Source: Botryllus schlosseri
Lineage: Eukaryota
Assembly: GCA_051294905.1 (NCBI GenBank)
Contig: CM119386.1
Location: 2,728,001-2,792,000, forward strand
Reading direction: 5' to 3'
Length of the DNA: 64,000 nt
Below, one piece after another: positions 26,477 to 37,700 of the stretch. The position numbers were made by a program, and so were the translations under genes. The stretch's first letter is position 1; each line of letters starts with the position of its first letter. The notes under the pieces are model-generated. The model did not search any database. It saw only the letters and a list, made by a program, of their open reading frames with translations, and was not told the DNA's origin.

Positions 26477-26640
26477 CTAGTATTCATTTAGAAGAAATTG
26501 CTTGTATTTCGACTTGAATGCGGACATGCTCGACGACTGTCGGATAGCCGGCGCGATGCTGTTCCACAATTGGGGTCGGGCATACTTGATAGAGCAATGC
26601 GTTTTCTTGTATTCCGTCCTCTGATCATATGGTATAGTTG
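26477..26640 (-). mobile_element. CR1/L2-type LINE 3' end
   Basis: CSIKYARPQLWNSIAPAIRQSSSMSAFKSKYKQFLLNEY*; homologous to 47940-48089. Confidence 0.8.
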
Positions 26641-27070
26641 TTCTTCGTTGACGCGCGTGTGCTGTACTCAGGACCGTAACTTCCGCACCCCAAACCTCCC
26701 AATTTGGGGGGGGGGCGAGCTCGAAGGGGGTCCAAAATTATTTCGTGAATTAGCATAAATTATAGAGTATTTTTTGAAAATTTATGCAACTTTTCGAACA
26801 TTTTTTCGCGCTACGCGCGATTTCAAGTTGCTAAATATTTTGATTATTGAGTATTCTTGCTCCAAGAAAAAATACACAAGATTTATAGAAATGGGCATAT
26901 CGGCATTGGCCATTACCGCGCCACGACGCACCAAGACATATAAAGTTTTAGGTAATGTAACATGCGACTCCAAGAAGTGTGCCAGAACGATCGGCAGCGG
27001 GAAAACCTTAGCCGAAAAGGACTGCCCTTATGCCGAACAAAAACTTCGTTATACAAAATACATATCGATA

Positions 27071-27240
27071 GAGCGAGGTAGTGTAATGGTTTTGCGTCCG
27101 GCTTCTCGATCGGTAGGTCGTGGGTTCGATCCCTGGCCGGGTCATACCAAAGACTCGAAAATTGGTATCCGCAGCCATCCTGCTAGGCGCTCAGCAATCA
27201 TGGATAGCATGGAGGAGAAACAAAACGGGGGCGCAGACTA
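27071..27240 (+). mobile_element. tRNA-derived SINE head/body
   Basis: A box TAGTGTAATGG (27079-27089), B box GGTTCGATCCC (27123-27133), then GGCCGGGTCATACCAAAGACT; no complete tRNA acceptor stem; 3' end approximate. Confidence 0.75.
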
Positions 27241-27554
27241 GATGACCTCACGGCCGTATCGCAACTCCGTCGTCACGGCATCTCGATGGTGCAGGCGAAA
27301 AAGAATATCATGTCTCTCTCTCTCTCTTTAATTTTCCATAGGCGTCTAAATGACTGGCACCGAATGTTCCTGTCTTGGCAATCTGAACCTCACAAGACAA
27401 ATACCATCCCGCAGGGAAAAATTATATACTATGCCACTGAAGAAATACCAATATAAAATCGTGTGATCTTCTAGTTTAGTACGTTTGGGCGATTCTATGT
27501 TTTTTGATATAGCAGACAGGAGGTCACGAAATAACATCATTTAACGAAGTCATA

Positions 27555-27750
27555 CCAACGGGTCCGCCCGCCCGAATATGTTTAATTATTATTTACGGGC
27601 CCTACAGTTTCCAAGACACCTCACTCAGCTCTACCGGTAAATCAGATTACGTGAGCAGAGAGAGGATAAAAATTGATAGCAATATATATACAATTCCCGA
27701 TCATATTGACCGATTCAAACATGAATTATTGAAATTTCTTGCGCTTCGCG
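27555..27750 (+). repeat. Interspersed repeat module ending in GCGCTTCGCGCG
   Basis: Homologous to about 46305-46690 (interrupted) and about 46905-47030. Confidence 0.75.
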
Positions 27751-29240
27751 CGTTTCTGCTCATAGTCCTGGAACTCCCCAATACCAGCCTCGAATTTTGC
27801 ATTGTGACGCAACAATGGTGTATGGCTCTTTCTTTCTAGTGTCGCTCTCGTCGGATGCGGTTTTAACTACAGGTAGGTTAGTTGTCTATACTTTAGCACT
27901 TTACGCGATTATTATACGTCAATTAAAAATATGGCAGATGGTAAAACTGCCATATAGTGTATAGCTTTATTTTCAGAAAATATAAGGCATTAAGCCTACT
28001 TTGCTTTTATACTTCAACATGTAGAATATGTTCTCCAGACAAAATAACTGAAACTATATTAAAACTCAAGACTCGACGTATAATACTCGTAGTTGAAAGA
28101 AAAAATACAAATCTACTTCTAAAAAGCGGAAAATATCTTTCATGTCTTTTGTCCAGAAAGTTTCAACGGTTGTCTGCGAAAACAGGTGTAACGTTAAAAA
28201 AGTCAAAGTTCACTTTTCCAGATTAGTGCACGTCATGGGCTGCTAGCTATAATGGGTAATTTCTAGATTGCAAAAAGGTAGTTTCAAACGTTATGGGGGG
28301 CCATACTTACTGTGATGAAATATTTCATATAGGCGACAATGCGGTGTGAACGGAACCACGTATAACCCACCTTAATTATATTCAGCGATACTTTCCTTAA
28401 AACATATTTGCCACTCCATCCTTCTACTGTGCGCGAAGCGCAACGAAAATTCTCGGTATTACACAACTTATTTTATGAGAATTAAATGATGGTACTACGT
28501 GAAAACAGCCTCGAAATTCCTTGTGCTATCTTTCTTATTGGGGGATTAAACTACTTCTACTTGAAAATAGCGAAACGTAAGTAAGTAGTTCACAAAATAT
28601 TACGAAGTAGAAGTATCGAAAAAAAGATCTACTTGAGTAAGTACCAGAAGTAGAGGAAAACTACTTGAGTACTTCGAAAAAGTAGAAGAACTTCGTTACT
28701 GACCACCTCTGGCTACCAGTGCTATCAGAACGTGTTTACACTGTCCGTGTTTGGTTGTCGGCAGGATGATATTCTCTTTTGACTTGAAATTAAAAATTGG
28801 TCAGAACTATCCAAAAATATCCGAAGCAAAAGTTACAACTATCCTAAAATATCCGAAATATAATCTGCAATAGAATCCGATCGTACTGTATCAAAATCGT
28901 GCAAAATCCGATCCTAACGCTATCCGAGTCCGTCCGATGCTCATCACTGTTCAGTGTTCAGTGTTCTCGACACACTCCACTTCATTTTATCCTTTGCTAT
29001 TTTCATGTTAGGTCTATTGGTTCCAAACGTGGGCGATATCGCCCCCGGGGTGCGATTTGGCGGTCTAGGGAGGCGAAAATTACGAATGGGGGCGAAAATG
29101 GACAAAGGGGGCGAAAATAGCGCAGGGGCGATAGGGGGCGATGGCGCGTTAAACGGCTATATTAGAGCCAAGTCGGAGAAATGACTTTTTTTTTTAATTT
29201 ATTGTTTTGTGTATGCTATACAATCGAATAGTAGGCTATA

Positions 29241-29445
29241 TTCATATTAAAATGAACCCAAATATTTTCGGCTGACGCTAGTCAGGGGTAACCGTCAGCA
29301 ACTATAGTAGAGAATTGTAAAGAACTTGTATATCAACAATCGTATCTCAAAATATGACGTCATCAGCATGAAATTTCGAATAAGTGAGCGTTCGATGTGC
29401 TATTTTTAGATGGTACACGAACTCCTTTTATTGACACAGCCTTTG
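29241..29445 (-). mobile_element. Penelope-like pLTR-type repeat with a degenerate hammerhead motif (29289->29256)
   Basis: Homologous to 37618-37811; ACCC-CTGACTA-GCGTCAGCC-GAAA-ATAT-TT-GGGT. Confidence 0.55.
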
Positions 29446-29963
29446 ACTGGTGTATTTTGATAAAAGTCGACTCCAAGGCACCCAAATGAAAGTGCGAACG
29501 CGCCCCCTTCATACGAGGCGAAATCTGTCGTCTCGATAATTTTTCTCGCGAACGGGATTAGCCCAACAGATGCTTGCCAGTGGCAGAATTTATGGCCTTC
29601 GATTGCTGCGCATCAAACTTGTTACAGTAAATTTTTTCACGTGTAACTACGTCAGAGCTAGGTTTTTGTCCACTACAATGGTCATTTACTCCACGCCGAT
29701 TGTCTTTCAATTGATTCCGAACCTACCGACTCGTAGGCTTTTTTTAAGACACAGCTTGCGCGGATCAGGTGGCGAGGAGGAGCCGACTCGGATTCACCAC
29801 CCATTGATGTTTCACCAAAGAGGTGTAGAACTTCATCAAACTCAAACCTGACAATGCCATAGGCCTACTTTGGTTTTATTTGCTGAAAAAATGTCCTCTT
29901 TTGGGTTCTGAAATATGGTAGGCCTAAACTTACGTGAACAGTATTCGAAGCCGTGGTCTAGAC

Positions 29964-31114
29964 CAGTGGTTCTCAACCTTTTTCATCTCGCGGACCGGCA
30001 AATTTTCAAAAAATGGTGAACTTTCAAAATTGAAATGAAGCCAATATGTAAAGTATGCAACCGTTTTTTGCAATTATATGGTGCTAGAGAGTGACATTAA
30101 GAGGGTTTTGATCGTAATTAATTAATTACGAGTCGTTTACAGTCTTTCGCGCCAAAGGTCGTGGGTTTAAGCGACCACGTCAACTCGAATAATATTTTTT
30201 TCTTCGACAATATCAAGTTAAGAAGCGTTTCGGAGTCGAACCAAGCACCTTCTCGTGTTACCTTTGCGCTTTATCCACTGCGACCGAACGCCTGAGCTAC
30301 TCTGCCAACTACGAATACAATGCGCGCCTGAAGAAAATACCTCTCTATACATGCAATCTGCGCCGAAAAAGCACTTTGTTGGCCCACGCCCCAAAACGTT
30401 GGCTTTGGGCCCATAAGGCGCCAATGGCGAGAATTTTCGATCGTTCATGAGTCATGACTGAATCGGTTCTCTCGCTGCCGAATTTTCGGCACGCGATTCG
30501 GAGTCCCATGTTAGCCTAAACTTGATTATGTGTTGGCACGTCGTGGCGCGGTAATTGCTGACGCCGAAATGCCTATTTCTATTAATCATGCGTATTTTTC
30601 GGAGACGGGCACCGAATAAGCAAGACATCTAGTGGCAATAAATAGCGTTAAGCGCGAAAAGAAATTGAAAAATGTTGGGAAAAGTTTTTTTCAAATACGC
30701 TATCGTTTATCTTCATTGCAAAATAATTTTGGGCTCTTCTCAAGCTCGGGCCCTCTCCAACTGGGCGATTTGGAGCGCCCCAGTTACGATCCTGCATAGA
30801 ATGAATGAATCATATACGAATTATCGCGCAAACTACGCTGTCTAGCGATGAGTCAGCTCGTATCTGTTCTGTACTTGTCGCTCGCATATCGTCAAATGAC
30901 ACGTCTTGAACTTAATATGTCAAATCGAGCATGTTTTCAGCCATAATATTACCTCACGAAGTTCTGAATCAGTTTAAAATTTGATGTTTTAATCATTTTA
31001 TCAATGGACAACCCTTCAGCATTGCATCTTGAACTTAAGGTATAAAATTGTAATATACCTGGCGGACCGGCAGGAATGACGTCGCGGACCGGCACCGGCG
31101 GTTGAGAACCACTG
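29964..31114. mobile_element. Non-autonomous hAT element, 1151 bp
   Basis: Perfect 15-bp TIR CAGTGGTTCTCAACC; 8-bp TSD GTCTAGAC at 29956-29963 and 31115-31122. Confidence 0.93.
30226..30292 (-). mobile_element. tRNA-derived fragment (SINE head or tRNA pseudogene) inside the hAT element
   Basis: GGCGTTCGGTCGCAGTGGATAAAGCGC..GGTTCGACTCC: A-box-like and B-box sequences at tRNA spacing, imperfect stems. Confidence 0.45.
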
Positions 31115-33815
31115 GTCTAGACTCTAGACTAGTCTCAGTTAGTTAACGGTCGCACCAAGAGAATCCCCAAACCACTTCACCGACGTTGCAGAGGTAGATT
31201 GCAGATGTGTAGTGTGTACACTGTACACTTGTACAGGGCTCGAACCGTACTTGAAGGTTATGGCTGATCTCCAACAGAAAAATGTCACTATTCTGAAATA
31301 GTGGCGGTGCTATTCAACTATTCTGAAACAGTGGCGGTGCTATTTAAGCCGAAATACCTGTCAGGCCGACTTCGACCTCTACCTACCCTGTCGTCTTTAG
31401 TACAGCCCTAAAAAGGTGGGTGAAAAAACTTCTGCCGTAACGTGAAAACATTGCAGTAGCACATCTTACGAAATAACCTATGGTTATATATATATACCTA
31501 TACATAACCCTGCCGCACTCTTGAAGTATTACAACGATTTCCAATCAAGCTACTTTACTCAAACGATGCAGATGTAACATACCAACAGTCTACTTCACTA
31601 ATGCAACGACATTCCACCGGTTCCACAAAAACTGTGGAAAGTAAAAATGACAAGTCGAGTGTCGGCGTCACAAGGAGGAAAAAAACGGTTACAGAAATAG
31701 ACCACACTCAAGCTCGATGCAACAAGAGATAGCACATTCAACGCGGCTTCAAGACAAGGAAATGTATCGAAAACAGGCGTGCGTGGACGCGAGCACAGGC
31801 GATTATGCTTCAGAAACACAGCGGGTAGGACATGCTTCCGCACAACTCCCAAACATAATCGGTATATGTAGGTTGGGGTACGCTGGTGCTTGATTCATCT
31901 ATTGCCTAGGCTCAAAATACCAAGGAACACATAGCGTTATCGGTAGGGAGTGTACGATTCGCCTACAACGATATATCTTGAATATATTGGGGTGTAAATA
32001 ATATTTTTTTTCTCTAACAATAAATATCAGGAACTCATCACCACAGTATCGAAAATGAAGTGCGGGACTGAAGTGTTTGAAGCCACAGGATAATTCGTCT
32101 ATAAAACGCCAAACAAAATGACACCGAGCTGTTGGAAAAATGCAATGAGAAAACGGGACACCGAGTTTTCATCCATTAAGACCTAGATATAAAACGTACA
32201 TGTTCCTCTCATGATAAAAGCCGTCGATCGACCACACAAACAGTCGTACATATATTCGGTATGCCGCCGACCTTACGTACTGTCGAACCTTGTCGTACTC
32301 GATTATGAAGTGAATTATTCACTAACAAGCATGAAACTGAGCAACTTTGAAATAACCAGGATAGAAAGCTCATTGTTAAGTTGACAATGGGATCGAATCA
32401 GAAATGACCAAACGATGTATGGATATTGGATACGGTTACCATTAACATTTCACAGACCTTCCTTTCAGATTTTTTATTCCAGAAACCCAATCCTCAAATT
32501 CGTGATACTAGTGCGCTGGCGATTGTGTGTTAGTTACATAGTGGAATCGCCATGCATTGCACTAGAATTATGTGACAAGAAATGTGCAGCCGCGCTGTTC
32601 AAGACCAATCAAATTGTTACCGAGCAATAAAAGTGCTACTTTGAAGACACATTGCTTGTCACAAAACGCATTTTCATACCTAGAAAAACGGCGCCTGGCG
32701 ACAGTGGCCATACACGGAATACCAACGACAACCATTTCTCCACCAGGCCCGTCTTCAAAATAAAATCCAGCGGCGGGCGAATTCATCGCATGCAAACATG
32801 CACGAACACGGACTCAATCCATGTTGATATTGATCGAGGAGTACCGTCTTCCATTACTGTTTTCAGCAAACCGATAAAATACGTGGTGAAAACGGGCATC
32901 GCACACAACATACGGAGGATCAAATCTGTTTATAAATACTCTATGATTGCAAAGAGCATGCTACAGTCGGCTAACAAAGTCAATACATAGTCAAAGATGA
33001 AGACACTAGCCATAAAGGCGTCAAGACAACACAATCAAATGATCAGAAACACCATGACCTTTCAAAGTGAATCACATTCAAGCCAAATCAAGTAACAGCT
33101 ATCGAGTCAACTGTAAAAAGTTTCGATCAAAGTTCAAAAACTCGTGAGGTCACATCGTACAATACGGACATAACGGCGGTGGTTAAAAGGGGGTTCAACG
33201 GAACACCAAAATATTAGTAGAACATCAAAGTGAGCATACAAACATACCTGTTAGGCGACTTGTTGGAAATATTCACACGGATCAAACATGCATACAAAAC
33301 TTGATATCTATATAATTAAAATACCGCTACTTTTTGTGATAATACATAAGCCCTAGCGGGCTTGAGATACAGAGTTTTTTTTTACAATTTACGCAGCTGA
33401 AAACGCCTGCATCCATTACATATTGTAAGACTGTCAATTCGAAGAGCATAACCGCAAAAGTGCGCTACTGTGAAGTAATCAGCACTGATTATCTACCGCA
33501 TAATCGCCCCAAGCAAGCAAGCGTCAGGGTTCATGCGAAGCATTCCCGGGCTTCGAATAAGCGCAAATATCGTCCGCTCTGCTTCCAAACAGATATCAAA
33601 CGGATCGATCCCACAGTCACGCGGGGCCAGCTATCATTAGGGATACATTCCATGCCTACGAGTGAAAATCAACATACAGTACAACACAATTACTCGGATC
33701 AATGAGTCTCTGCCGCTTCCATGAGTCTGCAAACAAAAAATCCTTGCTACAGATTACGGCTGTCTTTTTGTCCGCTTGTTATATTACGTGGATATCAAAC
33801 ATACATACAATATGG

Positions 33816-34341
33816 CAGTGGTCGGCAACCGGTGCATCCTGGGGTTGCCATAAGTCACGACATTCAATTTATCACCGGAAAAAAAAACGATACTTTTATG
33901 TTCCAGGTAGCAAGCTTTGCCTATGTTTTGAAGTCGATCTTTCTGCATCGTGTCAGACTTAAACCATTGCGGTAGAATAATCAATAACTGAATAGTTGTG
34001 ACAATGCTTTGAATTTTGTGATAGTGTGAAAATTAGATTAAGATAGGCCACTGAACCAGCAATTTTTCATGTTTTATTGATGAGTGCTGATCGCACAGGA
34101 TTGCCATTGCATACAGAAGTGTGTTAGTAGTCACATGGTCAGGTACTCTATCGAGTCTATGAACTGGAAAGGTAATTGAAATTAAAAACAAACACTTTCA
34201 AATACCTTTGTATTATTTAGTTTCAGCATTACCCGAAATATTTTTCTCCGTACCGAAAAACAAAATGGGGTCGCATGTCTAAATGCCGATGCCGTTTTTC
34301 GTTAAATCAGGGTCACTTTTTAAAAAGGTTGCCAACCACTG
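33816..34341. mobile_element. Non-autonomous hAT element, 526 bp
   Basis: TIR CAGTGGT(C/T)GGCAACC (1 mismatch in 15); TSD CAATATGG at 33808-33815 and 34342-34349. Confidence 0.92.
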
Positions 34342-34602
34342 CAATATGGGAATTCATATGATTGCGGTTATCCAATTTCAAAATATAGAAAGAAAAGCTT
34401 CAAGTGGGATCAATTTACCAGCATGAACAATGAACATATTGTTTGATGCGATAATGAAGTTCCATACTCCAAAAACATTATTTAATGTCAACATTAAAAC
34501 AAAAACGCAGTCGACCAACTTACGCCATGTCATTCCAAACTGTCGCTTCATAACATTCAATCGGCCATTACTCACCATTAAATATATCGTGCACACGCGC
34601 GA

Positions 34603-34790
34603 TCACTCGTTTTTGAGGGCGGCCTCCTCGTCCTCATCGTCATAGTTGCGTCTCCTTGTTCCTGTCTCGTCCCCGGTATCCTCATCGTTGTCAGGACCGT
34701 CGGACGCATCCTCAGGCTTGCTGGTGACCTGCAGTTCGTGTTGCGCCTCTTCGAAGAATTTGGCAAAGTCGTTCCAATAACGTTCCGGAA
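34603..34790 (-). CDS. PURA: Pur-alpha exon 7 (terminal)
   Basis: taatccag|(V)[61 protein letters not shown]. Confidence 0.92.
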
Positions 34791-37700
34791 CTGGATTAGA
34801 GAGAGACAGAAAATAGAGATGGTTACACGAGTCCAGAGCATGTTCACCTGGACATAGCGCTAGACAAAGTCAAATACTTAGCGTTGAGTTCAAATTTACG
34901 AATAGAGCCCGCCCTATATCAGATTTCTGGTAAATGTAATGTACTAACTTAATAATTTACTGATGCAGACACAACAGAATGTCCTTTCGTGCAGGGCTAC
35001 AGAAAACGAATGACTGTCGTCATTTACTCGATGAGTACAACACAATGCAGTAATTGTAATCAAGTAATGATAATGTACAATCACGATACACATAAGTAGC
35101 CAGCACCTTTACCGATAACTACGATATTTTCAGTAGGTATTTAAAAGATATTGCGTCTATCCTAAGTCTACACTAGTACAAACTACCAATCCAGTTGGCT
35201 GACGGCCAACCAACTACTGGCTTTTGAGTAGTTCTAGTCGCGGATTTAAAAAAATATGTAGTTCCAGTTCTAGCTTCGCATTATAAAAAATTAGCTGTCA
35301 AACTACTACAAAACATGCGTCGTCTGTTGTGTGACGGTGGTCAGTTCTATTTCCAGTTGCGCATTTTCAAAATCCAGTGGTTTGCAAAAGTCTGACGCAT
35401 TTCCATTGTCCAATGACCATGATGCTGACGGTAGTACTTGATTCATAAATCGAAGAGCTGGGATCGAGGGGCCAAATCAACTTCCTGCAGAAGTCATATA
35501 TCCAGAGCCAATATATCGTGTTGAACACCAACCAAACAACCAACTTGCGCCTTCAAGCAACCGGACACGATTAGAACAATGCCGTAACAACAGAAAACTT
35601 TGCATGAAGAGAACTTTAATGGCTTCTCTAGGAGATGGAGTTCAGATTAGAGACCCACATTCCCGGCGAGGACGTTATAAATATGAAGATATTGAGAGAG
35701 GATGATGACGGAACTTGTAAAACTGATGTAGTGGAAACTTTTGGAGTGCCGCGGAATAACTAGCGCAGATGGCTGTGATATCATGGGAGGCTGACATTCA
35801 TAAACAATTAAACCACAATGCCTACTCTGCAAGATAATAGCAAGGATATACTGGCGGGGTGATGCAATTAACAAAATTAGACTGAAACTTTGCCCTAAAT
35901 TTACCCTAGTAAGGTCAAAAATATCTAAAATAATTGCCGTACCGTAATATTCCATGTATAATGCACAAAATTTTATCGATTTTCTGTCCTAAAATCTGGG
36001 GGGTGCGCATTATGCATACACACAAGCGTACAACAATCCTTGCAATTGCAAGATATCTCCCGAAATGAAAGTCGCAATCACACCTTTCTTCTTGCTTGTC
36101 GTCAATCGCGTACAGTATTTCGTATTATCAGTGCTGGGCGGTGCCAATTAGTGAAAAGCGTGTTGCCTATTAGCGAGATTCGTCTGCACTGCACAACAGC
36201 ACAGGAGAGCCAAATTAAGTCATTGATTGCTGTATGCGCACTTGCGCAGTTGCGCACGCAATCCTCGCTGGCCTGATTTACTGCATCATCAACAACAGGC
36301 TCGAATAATCGCATCTACAACAGGTCAGGTGCGCATGACATCATCGCTGGCCTGAACAATCGCATCTAAAACAGGCCTGGTGCGCACTATATCATCATTG
36401 GCCTGAGCAATCGCATCTGCAGTAGGCCTGACGCGCAAGATATCGTCACTAGCCTGAAGGTGAACACTTCAACGTGCGTGCTAAAACATAACCATCGCTG
36501 GTAACTTATCATACGGGCAAGTTCGTCAACACGATACGCTTGTAAAACCGGCATCTATGCATGTACTGCTCGTGCAGGGTGCGTACTAGGCACTATGCAT
36601 GGGTAAAGGTTTTTTCCCAGAATCTACATGTCATTTTCAGGGTGCTTATTATACATGGGGGCGCATTATGCATAGAAAATTACGGTACTCGCCTAGAATT
36701 CTTATGCCCAGTTCAATCAATAAGAGGGCATAACGATGTAATAATGTGCAAATTCTTGTACTCAACAGAGCGATATGAACGACACTAAACAGATAAGAAC
36801 ACTAAGGAGCTGCAAATAAATTATCCTGAATAAGTAATAAGTTACCGGTTATAGCTGATCTGAAATAGCGAGTCTGTTCGGTCACACGGACATAGATGCC
36901 ACGTTGGTTTTGTCCAATGTCCATGAAAAACTGCAAAAAAATGCAGAAAACATAGCCCCATGCAACGGCATTTTAACTGTTACATCCAGCCGTTACTTTT
37001 AAGATAATTATTGCAAGTCAGCAGAAAAATGATGGTACAGCGCGGCTCAAAATGATGCAATGTATCAATATCAACTACCACTGCATAAAACACCCATGTC
37101 ACCAAGGACATACTGTCAAAAGGTTAAAAATTCAGATAGTGTGAGCAATCTCGCATATGCATCATACTGGCAGCTTTGTTCGACTATTCAAACCATTTTC
37201 CTGTAAGTCATATGAACCATGTTGTCAATGTCATCTTATCGTTACATTAAATCAGAAATGAGAACCAAGCGATGACGGATGTGACGTTACAATATCTGAA
37301 TCTTGACCTTAGGCATGTCTTTTACTTATATACCAGCAAGAGATGCAGGGGAGTGTGTACGGAGGCAAGGAGCCTGCAATAATTATTCAATGTCAAATTG
37401 CATTTGTGTACATTGGACAAACTACAAATGCAAGTTAGAGTATCATTCCGACTCTGCATACAGAACAGTACGTAAATCCAATTTGACATAGAATAAATAT
37501 CACAAGTCCCTTGTGCAGACAAGTAAACATGCCAGGCCTTCAAGATGAACCTAGTCTAGTAGACGTGGCTGGCTATACTATGATATTTTTGGTGAAAAAT
37601 GTACAAAAATGGAGCTGTATTCATATTGAAACGAACCCAAATATTTTCGGCTGACACTTGTCAGGGGTAATCGTCAGCAACTCGTAGAAGGAAAGAACAT

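Noticed and set aside
26774-27241. Longest ORF in the track (155 aa)
   Set aside because: TTG start; it runs across a repeat and a SINE head, with no domain signature.
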